Shown here: positions 12,501 through 25,147 of the stretch, piece by piece
How positions within the stretch are numbered: position 1 is the first letter of the stretch
Layout: each line of letters opens with the position of its first letter
DNA from: Eledone cirrhosa
Lineage: Eukaryota
Length of the DNA: 64,000 nucleotides
Direction of reading: 5' to 3'
NCBI GenBank assembly: GCA_964016885.1
Contig: OZ024755.1
Span: forward strand, 29,884,001 to 29,948,000
Translations under genes and position numbers: made by a program
Notes under the pieces: generated by a model
The model's database searches: none
Told to the model about the DNA's origin: nothing
The model's input: the letters and a program-made list of their open reading frames with translations, nothing else

Positions 12501-15500
12501 GTCGATGTGTCTGAGATGTGAGCAAGAAGAGACCCACACAAGCCAAGCGGGAGGAAGTGAGAAGGGGAGAAACAGAGAGTGAGTGAGTGGAAGTTTGAGG
12601 AAGAGGGCAGTCGAGAGAAAGTGTAACTGACAGAGGGGGCGAAAGAAGGTGAGAGAAACAGAGAGAGCGGGGAAGCAGTAAGAGAGAAACAGACAAACGC
12701 AGCCGAAGTAAATATATATCAAAAACATGAGAAGAAAGAAGAATACTGCGTGGTTTGCACATGGGTTACATATGATAAAAATAGTCCTTCGTCAGTGATT
12801 TTCCAACCATCATTGGTATTTCATCGCATTAAAAATCAGATACCTGAGGTTGGTGCGAGCAATAACTAAAAAAAGTTATTGGGACCAGAATTCGCGTAAG
12901 GCGAGGGGGACAAGTAAACAACATAGAAGGACAAAAGCAAACCGAAGATAGGAAAATAAACAAGCAAACCGAAGATAGGAAAATAAACAAGCAACATGGT
13001 TGTCCGGTCAACATAAACTGGGTGGATTTCATGAGCGAGAGAGGTACAGACCGTGTTGATGTGTGTGAGATGTGAGCAAGGAGACTCACACAAGCCAAAC
13101 GGGAGGAAGTGAGAAGGGGAGAAACAGAGAGTGAGTGAAAGTGTGAGGAAGAGGTCAGTCGAGAGAAAGTGTAACTGACAGAGGGGGCGAAAGAAGGTGA
13201 GAGAAACAGAGAGAGCGGGGAAGCAGTAAGAGAGAAACAGACAAACGCAGCCGAGGTAAATATATATAAAAAACATGAGAAGAAAGAAGAATACTGCGTG
13301 GTTTGCACATGGGTTACATATGATAAAAATAGTCCTTCGTCAATGATTTTCCAACCATCATTGGTATTTTATCGCATTAAAAATCAGATACCTCAGGTTG
13401 GTGCGAGCAATAACTAAAAAAAGTTATTGGGACCAGAATTCGCGTAAGGCGAGGGGGACAAGTAAACAACATAGAAGGACAAAAGCAAACCGAAGATAGG
13501 AAAATAAACAAGCAACATGGTTGTCCGGTCAGCATAAGCTCGGTGGAATTCATGAGCGAGAGGGGTACAGACCGTGTCGATGTGTGTGAGATGTGAGCAA
13601 GAAGAGACCCACACAAGCCAATCGGGAGGAAGTGAGAAGGGGAGAAACAGAGAGTGAGTGAGTGGAAGTTTGAGGAAGAGGTCAGTCGAGAGAAAGTGTA
13701 ACTGACAGAGGGGGCGAAAGAAGGTGAGAGAAACAGAGAGAGCGGGGAAGCAGTAAGAGAGAAACAGACAAACGCAGCCGAAGTAAATATATATCAAAAA
13801 CATGAGAAGAAAGAAGAATACTGCGTGGTTTGCACATGGGTTACATATGATAAAAATAGTCCTTCGTCAGTGATTTTCCAACCATCATTGGTATTTCATC
13901 GCATTAAAAATCAGATACCTCAGGTTGGTGCGAGCAATAACTAAAAAAAGTTATTGGGACCAGAATTCGCGTAAGGCGAGGGGGACAAGTAAACAACATA
14001 GAAGGACAAAAGCAAACCGAAGATAGGAAAATAAACAAGCAAACCGAAGATAGGAAAATAAACAAGCAACACGGTTGTCCGGTCAGCATAAACTGGGTGG
14101 ATTTCATGAGCGAGAGAGGTACAGACCGTGTTGATGTGTGTGAGATGTGAGCAAGGAGACTCACACAAGCCAAACGGGAGGAAGTGAGAAGGGGAGAAAC
14201 AGAGAGTGAGTGAGTGGAAGAGGTCAGTCGAGAGAAAGTGTAACTGACAGAGGGGTCAAAAGAAGATGAGAGAAACAAAGAGAGCGGGGAAACAGTAAGA
14301 GAGAAACAGGCAAATGCAGCCGAGGTAAATATATATAAAAAACATGAGAAGAAAGAAGAATACTGCGTGGTTTGCACATGGGTTACATATGATAAAAATA
14401 GTCCTTCGTCAGTGATTTTCCAACCATCGTTGGTATTTCATCGCATTAAAAATCAGATACCTGAGGTTGGTGCGAGCAATAACTAAAAAAAGTTATTGGG
14501 ACCAGAATTCGCGTAAGGCGAGAGGGACAAGTAAACAACATAGAAGGATAAAAGCAAACCGGAGATAGGAAAATAAACAAGCAACATGGTTGTCCGGTCA
14601 GCAAAAGCTGGGTGGATTTCATGAGCGAGAGGGGTACAGACCATGTCGATGTGTCTGAGATGTGAGCAAGAAGAGACCCACACAAGCCAAGCGGGAGGAA
14701 GTGAGAAGGGGAGAAACAGAGAGTGAGTGAGTGGAAGTTTGAGGAAGAGGTCAGTCGAGAGAAAGTGTAACTGACAGAGGGGGCGAAAGAAGGTGAGAGA
14801 AACAGAGAGAGCGGGGAAGCAGTAAGAGAGAAACAGACAAACGCAGCCGAAGTAAATATATATCAAAAACATGAGAAGAAAGAAGAATACTGCGTGGTTT
14901 GCACATGGGTTACATATGATAAAAATAGTCCTTCGTCAGTGATTTTCCAACCATCATTGGTATTTCATCGCATTAAAAATCAGATACCTGAGGTTGGTGC
15001 GAGCAATAACTAAAAAAAGTTATTGGGACCAGAATTCGCGTAAGGCGAGGGGGACAAGTAAACAACATAGAAGGACAAAAGCAAACCGAAGATAGGAAAA
15101 TAAACAAGCAAACCGAAGATAGGAAAATAAACAAGCAACATGGTTGTCCGGTCAACATAAACTGGGTGGATTTCATGAGCGAGAGAGGTACAGACCGTGT
15201 TGATGTGTGTGAGATGTGAGCAAGGAGACTCACACAAGCCAAACGGGAGGAAGTGAGAAGGGGAGAAACAGAGAGTGAGTGAAAGTGTGAGGAAGAGGTC
15301 AGTCGAGAGAAAGTGTAACTGACAGAGGGGGCGAAAGAAGGTGAGAGAAACAGAGAGAGCGGGGAAGCAGTAAGAGAGAAACAGACAAACGCAGCCGAGG
15401 TAAATATATATAAATAACATGAGAAGAAAGAAGAATACTGCGTGGTTTGCACATGGGTTACATATGATAAAAATAGTCCTTCGTCAATGATTTTCCAACC

Positions 15501-17414
15501 ATCATTGGTATTTCATCGCATTAAAAATCAGATACCTCAGGTTGGTGCGAGCAATAACTAAAAAAAGTTATTGGGACCAGAATTCGCGTAAGGCGAGGGG
15601 GACAAGTAAACAACATAGAAGGACAAAAGCAAACCGAAGATAGGAAAATAAACAAGCAACATGGTTGTCCGGTCAGCATAAGCTCGGTGGAATTCATGAG
15701 CGAGAGGGGTACAGACCGTGTCGATGTGTGTGAGATGTGAGCAAGAAGAGACCCACACAAGCCAATCGGGAGGAAGTGAGAAGGGGAGAAACAGAGAGTG
15801 AGTGAGTGGAAGTTTGAGGAAGAGGTCAGTCGAGAGAAAGTGTAACTGACAGAGGGGGCGAAAGAAGGTGAGAGAAACAGAGAGAGCGGGGAAGCAGTAA
15901 GAGAGAAACAGACAAACGCAGCCGAAGTAAATATATATCAAAAACATGAGAAGAAAGAAGAATACTGCGTGGTTTGCACATGGGTTACATATGATAAAAA
16001 TAGTCCTTCGTCAGTGATTTTCCAACCATCATTGGTATTTCATCGCATTAAAAATCAGATACCTCAGGTTGGTGCGAGCAATAACTAAAAAAAGTTATTG
16101 GGACCAGAATTCGCGTAAGGCGAGGGGGACAAGTAAACAACATAGAAGGACAAAAGCAAACCGAAGATAGGAAAATAAACAAGCAACATGGTTGTCCGGT
16201 CAGCATAAACTGGGTGGATTTCATGAGCGAGAGAGGTACAGACCGTGTTGATGTGTGTGAGATGTGAGCAAGGAGACTCACACAAGCCAAACGGGAGGAA
16301 GTGAGAAGGGGAGAAACAGAGAGTGAGAGAGTGGAAGAGGTCAGTCGAGAGAAAGTGTAACTGACAGAGGGGGCGAAAGAAGGTGAGAGAAACAGAGAGA
16401 GCGGGGAAGCAGTAAGAGAGAAACAGACAAACGCAGCCGAGGTAAATATATATAAAAAACATGAGAAGAAAGAAGAATACTGCGTGGTTTGCACATGGGT
16501 TACATATGATAAAAATAGTCCTTCGACAGTGATTTTCCAACCATCATTGGTATTTCATCGCATTAAAAAATCAGATACCTCAGGTTGGTGCGAGAAATAA
16601 CTAAAAAAAGTTATTGGGACCAGAATTCGCGTAAGGCGAGGGGGACAAGTAAACAACATAGAAGGATAAAAGCAAACCGAAGATAGGAAAATAAACAAGC
16701 AACATGGTTGTCCGGTCAGCATAAGCTGGGTGGATTTCATGAGCGAGAGAGGTACAGACCATGTTGATGTGTGTGAGATGTGAGCAAGAAGAGACCCACA
16801 CAAGCCAAACGGGAGGAAGTGAGAAGGGGAGAAACAGAGAGTGAGTGAGTGGAAGAGGTCAGTCGAGAGAAAGTGTAACTGACAGAGGGGTCAAAAGAAG
16901 ATGAGAGAAACAAAGAGAGCGGGGAAACAGTAAGAGAGAAACAGGCAAATGCAGCCGAGGTAAATATATATAAAAAACATGAGAAGAAAGAAGAATACTG
17001 CGTGGTTTGCACATGGGTTACATATGATAAAAATAGTCCTTCGTCAGTGATTTTCCAACCATCGTTGGTATTTCATCGCATTAAAAATCAGATACCTGAG
17101 GTTGGTGCGAGCAATAACTAAAAAAAGTTATTGGGACCAGAATTCACGTAAGGCGAGGGGAACCAGTAAACAACATAGAAGGATAAAAGCAAACCGAAGA
17201 TAGGAAAATAAACAAGCAACATGGTTGTCCGGTCAGCATAAGCTGGGTAGATTTCATGAGCGAGAGAGGTACAGAAGGGGAGAAACAGAGAGTGAGTGGA
17301 AGTGTGAGGAAGAGGTCAGTCTAGAGAAAGTGTAACTGACAGAGGGGGCGAAAGAAGGTGAGAGAAACAGAGAGAGCGGAGAAGCAGTAAGAGAGAAACA
17401 GACAAACGCAGCCG
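9505..17414. repeat. Satellite array: 15 monomers of ~516-548 bp with a 2144-bp 4-monomer higher-order repeat
   Basis: The anchor ttaaaaatcagatacc recurs at ~9627, 10158, 10685, 11233, 11760, 12302, 12829, 13377, 13904, 14446, 14973, 15521, 16048, 16564 and 17081. Spacings 548/527/542/527 repeat. Confidence 0.97.
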
Positions 17415-17846
17415 TTCAGCGCATCGGTAGGGGTTCTCCTACATGGATATAAAGTAGTGGCCGTACTCGAAAACGAGTTGGCAGCCACCATATATATATA
17501 TATATATACACACATACATACATTATGGCCAATAGTTGTGTATCAAAGCTTTACTTCAAATGCCGGACCTTATTATAGATATATATATATATACGTGTGT
17601 GTGTGTGTTTTCATGTGTGTGTGTGTGTGTTTGCATGTTTGCATATATCTGTGTGTTTGCATGTGTGTGTGTGTGTGTGTTTGCATATATGTGTGTGTGT
17701 TTGCATATATGTGTGTGTGTTTGCATATGTGTGTGTGTGTTTGCATATGTGTGTGTATGTTTGCATATATGTGTGTATGTTTGCATGTATGTATGTATGT
17801 ATGCATGCGTGTACATACAATAATTCTCGTCTATTATTTGTGTGTG

Positions 17847-18031
17847 TGGCGGTGGATTGGCAGTATCGCTAGAAGGTCGGACGCCATGCTTTGACGCATA
17901 GAGTTACGGCCCTTGCCATTCTGTGTTTAAGACAGGTTAACTTTGCCTTTCATCCTTACGGGGTCGATAAAATAAAGTACCAGTAATGCACTGGGTAATA
18001 GCTGGCCTTGTGCCAAAAGTAGAAACAATTA
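17847..18031 (+). mobile_element. SINE family 1
   Basis: ggcggtggattggcagtatcg...gtagaaacaatta. Confidence 0.85.
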
Positions 18032-18090
18032 TTTGTGTGTGTGTGAGTGCATGTGTGTGAGTGTGTGAGTGTGTGCGTATATGTATGTGT

Positions 18091-18160
18091 GAAAGCGCAT
18101 GGCTTCATGGTTAGCGTGTTTGTGTCACAATCGTAATGCCGTGAGTTCGATTCCCTGGGT
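18091..18160 (+). mobile_element. tRNA-derived SINE head (family 2)
   Basis: TGGCTTCATGG A-box-like and GAGTTCGATTCC B box. Confidence 0.6.
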
Positions 18161-18231
18161 GAACGTTGTGTCATTATGCACATGTATGTGGAATGGGTTG
18201 GATGCTGCAGGATTCTCCCCCTCGCCACCCC

Positions 18232-18630
18232 AGCTCGAACCGGCGGGGCTGGACCGAGGTGACGGCAAAAGGCCAGACGGCATGACCATCTTCCCGTTCT
18301 GTAGCGGTAAACCCTTCATCTGGGATGCCACATGCAGCGACAGTTTTTCCAGCGGTGCAGTCTGCGACTAACCCAGGCTCTGCTGCACTTCAGACCGAAG
18401 AGGGTAAACTCTCCACCAAATACCCGTCGCTCTCCGAAAAGTTTGCAGTCGAGTCCGTAGCAGTGGAGACTTCTGGTGTCCTTCGCCTTAGGACTACTTC
18501 CATACTCGCCACCATTGGCACGGAGTTGGCTGCCCGCAGCAGGTGTGAGCCTCGCGGGCTGCAATGTGTCTCTCCCAGCGCGTCTCCCTCGCCATCCTCA
18601 GGGGAAACGGTTTCTTTATTCTGTCCGCCG
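18232..18630 (+). pseudogene. 3' fragment of a CRE-type non-LTR retrotransposon, restriction-like endonuclease (REL) domain
   Basis: EPAGLDRGDGKRPDGMTIFPF..GKPFIWDATCSD / K..KY...VAVETSG / LSQRVSLAILRGN across two frameshifts; these are the PD..D..K REL motifs of CRE-like elements. Confidence 0.8.
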
Positions 18631-18779
18631 GGGCCGTGGGGCGGCCAGAGCGTGGGTCTCTATTGGCTTCTAATAGTGAGAGATGGGGTGAGCGGGAGAG
18701 ACGGAAGCAGTGACAGTGGGAGTTTGGTTCCTTTGTGTTCGAACCTGATGTATATGTATACACTTATTTTCCACATCAC

Positions 18780-18814
<35 letters not shown>

Positions 18815-19162
18815 CATACATTCATTCATTCAAGTTAACACGTTATATCCACCTGTCTCTGACACACGCACACCCTCTCCCTCATTCTCTCCCTCACACA
18901 CACACACACACACACTCTTTTTTTTCCCCCACATCATACAAACAATTCTAAACACAGATACATATATTGATTTTTATCAGACAGAAAGTTTGAAGGAAAC
19001 TTTATCGTTCGACGCAGCCAGCACATGGGACTCCATTTGCTCATAATAAAGAGAGATGGAGGCGATGACAGTGGGAGTTCGGCTCTTCTGTGTTCAGATC
19101 TGGTGTGCAGCATCAGTTATCCCTAAGGAGGTAGTGATTCATCTATTATTATAAAGTAGATA

Positions 19163-19389
19163 ATAATTGCTTCTACTTTTGGCACAAGGTCAGCAATTAT
19201 CACAGTGTATTACTGGTACTTTATTTTATCGACCCCCGTAATGATGAAAGGCAGAGTTAACCTGGGATTATAGTCTGAGCTCAAATCCCGCCGAGGTTAA
19301 CTTTGCCTTTCATCCTTACGGTCGATAAAATAAAGTAGCAGTAATACACTGGGGCGAAATACTGGTCTTGTGCCAAAAGTAGAAAATTA
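19163..19389. mobile_element. Head-to-head pair of SINE 3' halves inside one 16-bp direct repeat
   Basis: Minus copy 19164-19263 and plus copy 19273-19389; tattataaagtagata at 19147-19162 and 19388-19403. Confidence 0.8.
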
Positions 19390-19760
19390 TTATAAAGTAG
19401 ATATCTGCGTTATTGTTGCCATGTACGTCGTTTATATGGAGCGAGAAGATATGTCACTAGTTATTTGTTCGTTACGTCATTATGTGGAACAATTTCTTGC
19501 AAAGACCAATCAGATCCTTTCTAAAGTGATTTGGATGCAGAATGGAGTTGAAATCTCTTCAATCTGTAATAGAAGCAAGCTCGTCAAAAGGTCATGTTGG
19601 CAAACTTAAGAAGAAATCACTACATAGTATTGAAACTACCCCGGCGATTGGATCCTCCATTTCCCCTTCACGAATGTTTTAATTATGAATGCTTTTTATC
19701 ATTACAAGGATGATTAAATAAACTACTAATTATGCACTAAGGTCTATTTTCTTCCTCCCA
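19388..19760 (+). repeat. ~370-bp dispersed repeat with an inverted copy at 21603-21985 (possibly a Helitron-like 5' end)
   Basis: Near-identical reverse complement at 21.6-22.0 kb. With the SINE pair removed, the element begins tctattattataaag at 19142. Confidence 0.75.
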
Positions 19761-19821
19761 CCCCACACCTCTATTTCGTGGTCCTGTGCGAATATTGAAA
19801 ATAAATATTTTCATTATTAAG

Positions 19822-20720
19822 AAAATAAAGCACCAGTAACGTACAAGGGTCGATTTAATCGACTTTCCACTTCCCCAAATTACTGGCCTTGTGCCTATAC
19901 TAGAAATCATTATTAGGAAAATGGTAAAGGCGGTGGATTGGCAGTGTCGGTAGAGCGTCAGACACCATACTTTTCAGTATAGTTATGGCCATTTACGTTC
20001 TGAGTTCAAATCCCGCCGAGATTAGCTTTGCCTTTCATCCTTACGAGGTCGATAAAATAAAGTACCAGAAACGCACTGGGGTCGATTTAATCGACTTTCC
20101 CCTCCCTCAAAATTGATGGCCTTGTGCCTAAATCAGAAACCATTATTTGGAAAAGGGGATCAACGGTGGATTGGCTGTATCGGTAGAGGGTCGGATGCTA
20201 TGCTTTGACGTATAGAGTTACGGCCCTTGCCATTCTGAGTTCAAATCCCGCCGAGGTTAACTTTGCCTTTCATCCTTATGGGGTCGATAAAATAAAGTAC
20301 CAGTAATTCTCTGGGTAATTTCTGGCCTTGTGCCAAACGTAGAAACAATTATTTGGAAAAGGGGATCAACGGTGGATTGACAAAATGTTTCGTAGAATTT
20401 GGTTACGGCTCTTTACAGTCTGGATTCAATTCCCGCCGAGGTTAGCTTTGCCTTTCATCCTTATGGGGGTCGATAAAATAAAGTACCAGTAATTCTCTGG
20501 GTAATTTCTGGCCTTGTGCCAAACGTAGAAACAATTATTTGGAAAAGGGGATCAACGGTGGATTGACAAAATGTTTCGTAGAATTTGGTTACGGCTCTTT
20601 ACAGTCTGGATTCAATTCCCGCCGAGGTTAGCTTTGCCTTTCATCCTTACGGGGTCGATAAAATAAAGTACCAGTAATACACTGGGTAATTGCTGGCCTT
20701 GAGCCAAAAGTTGAAACAGT
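19822..20720 (+). mobile_element. Cluster of 5 tandem SINE family 1 copies
   Basis: Copies start at ~19822, 19930, 20164, 20370 and 20555; the last two are near-identical ~185-bp tandem duplicates. Confidence 0.9.
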
Positions 20721-21014
20721 TATATATATATTACGATATATATATATCCGGGAAAAATCAGGGGAGAAGCAAGTGGTAGTTAATAACCAATCAGTGTAGA
20801 GCTTCACTTATACAAAGCTGTTTTCTTTCATGACTAATTATTCTATTAGTGTTCGAGCTAATTAATTCAGTAGATTTTTTTTTTTCTTCATTAAGCGTTG
20901 GTGTTATCTGTTCAGGGCGTTGTCTTTGACCCAATTATCTTCTCAGTTTTTATAGAAGCAGTACCTTGTGCGTAGATTCTCTCTGGGGCGGCGAATGTAA
21001 TTATACATAGTTTG

Positions 21015-21048
<34 letters not shown>

Positions 21049-21136
21049 CAAAGAATGTTTGGTAAGATACCAGGTGGGCCATAACGCACCAGAGTACTCG
21101 ATACTTAGGGTAGTAGAGTGGGTAATAGGAAAAGAG

Positions 21137-21195
<59 letters not shown>

Positions 21196-21202
21196 CTTGC
21201 TT

Positions 21203-21260
21203 TCTTCTGATGAAGGACTAGCGTCCGAAACGCTAAGTCTCTTCCTGCTATCTCAAGCGT
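21203..21260 (+). ncRNA. Minimal Penelope-type hammerhead motif (family E)
   Basis: tctt-CTGATGA-a-ggac(tagc)gtcc-GAAA-cgctaag. A degenerate sister copy at 31802-31860 reads GAAACGTT-aaga. Confidence 0.7.
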
Positions 21261-21285
21261 TATTGCTGTTTATCTTTATATATAT

Positions 21286-21440
21286 CTATATTATAAAGCT
21301 GACGGCCGTATGAATGTAACAAACTTTTCGCCAAACAGCTGGACCAAACGGCACCAAATTTGCACCATAGATGTAACTTTTTCCAAATAAGAAAGTGTAT
21401 TTTTGTCTTCTAAATTTCGTTAAAAGATTAAAGATATTTT
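21286..21440 (+). mobile_element. Possible non-autonomous Helitron 5' end
   Basis: Starts TCtatattataaagctgac after a TA tract, followed by ctggaccaaacggcaccaaatttg. Confidence 0.35.
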
Positions 21441-21460
21441 ATCGTTTATTTAAATATATA

Positions 21461-21504
<44 letters not shown>

Positions 21505-22235
21505 AAGTTTTATTTAAATTGTTGGGTTACAACGAGTAAATATTTATAACTGATATAAAAGCACTCAACAAGTATTTGGAGTATATTTACGATATTAAAT
21601 AAATGGGAGGGAGAAAATAGACCTTAGTGCATAATTAGTAGTTTATTTAATCATCCTTGTAATGATAAAAAGCATTCATAATTAAAACATTCGTGAAGGG
21701 GAAAAGGAGGATCCAATCGCCGGGGTAGTTTCAATACTATGTAGTGATTTCTTCTTAAGTTTGCCAACATGACCTTTTGACGAGCTTGCTTCTATTACAG
21801 ATTGAAGAGATTTCAACTCCATTCTGCATCCAAATCACTTTAGAAAGGATCTGATTGGTCTTTGCAAGAAATTGTTCTTCTCGCTCCACATAATGACGTA
21901 ACGAACAAATAACTAGTGACATATCTTCTCGCTCCATATAAACGACGTACATGGCAGCAATAACGCAGATATCTACTTTATAATAATATATATATAATTA
22001 TATATTCGTGTACAGATATTTTTGCATTTATTTGGACTAAAATTTCTACAGTGATCTCCGCCAGAAATAAATTCAAAAATGGGAGATCTCTGTTCAAATT
22101 TTAGTCCAAACCTGAAGGGTCTCTTGATAAGCTCTAAGCCTCATGGATAATACCAAGACCGGAAGCTCCTCCAACTGAAATGGTCGCATTCTTTAAGAGT
22201 ATGTCAATATTTATTTATAAAACTGCTCTATATTA

Positions 22236-22300
22236 TATTTAATCTGATGAAAGCACACCATAATTTAACTTGGTGTCCTTGAAATATGTATAATGAAATA
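22236..22300 (+). ncRNA. Type I minimal hammerhead motif (family B element ~22160-22433)
   Basis: tatttaat-CTGATGA-aagcacacca(taatttaact)tggtgtcctt-GAAA-tatgta-TA-atgaaata. Confidence 0.8.
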
Positions 22301-22445
22301 AATATGGTTTTATAAATATAGTTTCCATTTGTTAATATATCGTATTTTTACTCCAATAATTTGTTGAGTGCTTTATATCAGTTTTTAAAATATTTGTTTG
22401 TTGTATCCCAACAATTTAAATAGAACTTCTACATATATATATATG

Positions 22446-22719
22446 TAAGCAGAAGGGATATTCAATTTGTTGGTAATTCAACAAATATAAATGTTTATAG
22501 CTGATTCAGCGCACTCGACAAGTTTTCTGGAGTATAATATACAATGATATTAAATAAATGGAAACTATATTTATATTTAAATATGGTTTTATAAATATAG
22601 TTTCCATTTATTTAATATCATTGAATATTATACTCCAGAAAACTTGTCGAGTTCTTCAAATCAGTTATAAACATTTATATTTGTTGAATTACCAACAAAT
22701 TAAATATCCCTTTTGCTTA
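22446..22719. repeat. ~270-bp imperfect palindrome of a family-B-like tail between (TA)n tracts
   Basis: taagcagaagggatattcaatttgttgg... matches the reverse complement of ...ccaacaaattaaatatcccttttgctta. Confidence 0.85.
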
Positions 22720-22744
22720 TATATATATATATATATATATATAT

Positions 22745-22899
22745 AACGAAGGAAATGTGGTAAGGAACCAGGTGGACCATAACGCACCAAAGTACTCAAT
22801 ACTTAGGGTAGTAGAGTGGGTAATAGGAACAAGTAAGACCCCGACGGCAGAGCTCAAGCCGCCTCTTACTTGAGCTCTGTCGTCGGGGTCTTACTTGTT

Positions 22900-22903
<4 letters not shown>
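22745..22903. mobile_element. Element family C with palindrome 22825-22903
   Basis: ataggaacaagtaagaccccgacggcagagctcaag...cttgagctctgtcgtcggggtcttacttgttcctat. Confidence 0.8.
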
Positions 22904-22938
<35 letters not shown>

Positions 22939-23040
22939 TTCCACACAATCCAGGAGCAATGTAGCAAGTGTTTTGTTGATGTTAGCAAAAATTCACAAAA
23001 GGCTTGTCTAACACTTAGTTGTTAATTGATGTGACCGCAA

Positions 23041-23312
23041 TGGTGGTGGTGGTGGTGGTGGTGGTGGTGGTGTAGTGGTGGTTGTAGTAGTGGTGTGCTG
23101 TAGTGGTGGGTGTGGTGGTTGTAGGTGGGTGTGGTGGTTGTAGTGGCGGTGGTGGTTGTAGTGGCGGTGGTGGTTGTAGTGGCGGTGGTGGTGTTGTGCT
23201 GTAGTGGAGGGGGGGGGGGGGGGTGTAGTGGTGGTTGTAGTAGTGGTGGTGTGGTGTAGTGGTGGCGGTGGCGGCGGTGGTGTGGTGTAGTGGTGGTATG
23301 GTGTAGTGGTGG
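23041..23312. repeat. (GGT/AGT/GGC)n G-rich low-complexity tract with a poly-G run
   Basis: Direct inspection. Confidence 0.9.
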
Positions 23313-23787
23313 TCCCTTCAAATTACTAGCCATGCATGTGTCAAAAGTAGAAAAAATAGTTATCGTCTTTAAGAAATGAGGAGAGAGTGAGAGACAGTTC
23401 GACAGAGAGAGACTCTCTCTCTCTCTCACCCCCTCTCTCATTCACGCACTCCCCCCCCCCACCTCTCCCTCTCTCTATACAATGTTGACAGTCCAGCAAA
23501 CCCAACGCGAAAAAGAAAAACCGAACAGCAAACAGAGAAAGTTTTGGGGGGTGTGTGGAGAAGACGTGGACTAGACAAAGTGTTAAGTGTAGTACATAGC
23601 ATTCAGTAAAGTTTAGAGAGAGGAGGAGGAGACAACTATGAATTGTCGTCACAGCTACACATGTAGCATCGGATTGATAAAGTAACAAGAAACAACAACA
23701 AAATACTGGTTTAGTCGTCTTTCGGCTAGTTTGTATTGTTTGTCACAGATAATAGGGGAAAAAACTCCATTTTATTTAGACTTTTGA

Positions 23788-23798
23788 GCACACACACT

Positions 23799-23829
<31 letters not shown>

Positions 23830-24489
23830 ACATCTACATACACACACACACATATACCCATATATATATATACACATCTACACACACACACACACACACA
23901 CACCCATATATATACACATATACATACACACACACCCATATATATACACATATACATACACACATATATACATATATATATATATATATATACACATATA
24001 CCCATATATATATATACACATATACCCATATATACATACCCACACATACCCATATATATATATATACACATATACCCATATATACATACCCATATATGCA
24101 TACACATATATACATATACACACACATATATATATACATATACACACACATATATACATATACACACACATATATATATATACACACACATATATATATA
24201 TACATATACACACATATATATACATATACACACACATATATATACATATACACACATATATATACATATACACACACACATATATACATATACACACACA
24301 TATATATACATATACACACACACATATATACATATACACACACACATATATATACATATACACACACACATATATATACATATACACACACATATATATA
24401 TACATATACACACACACATATATATACATATACACACATACACCGATATATACACACAGACACACATACACACAGAAACACACACACAG

Positions 24490-24528
<39 letters not shown>
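23788..24528. repeat. (CA)n/(TA)n compound microsatellite
   Basis: Direct inspection. Confidence 0.95.
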
Positions 24529-24529
<1 letters not shown>

Positions 24530-24575
24530 TTTCTGATGATTTCCTCCGAATGAAACAGTTCTAGTCCTGTAGAAG
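24529..24575 (+). ncRNA. Type I hammerhead motif with all three stems
   Basis: cttt-CTGATGA-tttc(ctcc)gaat-GAAA-cag(ttctagtc)ctg-TA-gaag. Confidence 0.75.
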
Positions 24576-24659
24576 CCATTTCTATATTAAATTACTCTTA
24601 CTCTGCTATGTATTGAGTACCTTACTTACTGTGGTTACCTCCGATTCAACCCAGGATCA

Positions 24660-24702
<43 letters not shown>

Positions 24703-24872
24703 ATATAGAGAAACACACAGATACATGCGTACACACACATATACATGAATATATCCACATCCATCCTTGAGTTAATGGTGCCAACCTTAACTGATGTTGC
24801 TCTATGAAGCAGTTTAGGTCTGATACATCTTATTACTAATTATATCTCATGTTTCTTCTCTCTTCATAATGT

Positions 24873-24911
<39 letters not shown>

Positions 24912-25147
24912 CTGACGAAAAATTATATTAGTTTAACGTTTGATATACTTAGAAAATAGTTTTAACACACACATACATACATACATACATACATACACAC
25001 ACACAGACGAAAAATTATATTAGTTTAACGTTTGATATACTTAGAAAATAGTTTTAACACACATACATACATACATACATACATACAGACAGACGAAAAA
25101 TTATATTAGTTTAACGTTTGATATACTTAGAAAATAGTTTTAACACA
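24912..25147 (+). repeat. Three tandem copies of a 55-bp hammerhead-like unit separated by (CA/CATA)n
   Basis: C(T/A)GACGAaaaattatattagtttaacgtttgatatacttaGAAAatagttttaacac at ~24912, 25004 and 25090. Confidence 0.8.

Noticed and set aside
9627-17012. Repeated hydrophobic 79-159-aa ORFs in the satellite
   Set aside because: They are the antisense of GA-rich sequence, frames shift between monomers, and no domain is recognisable.
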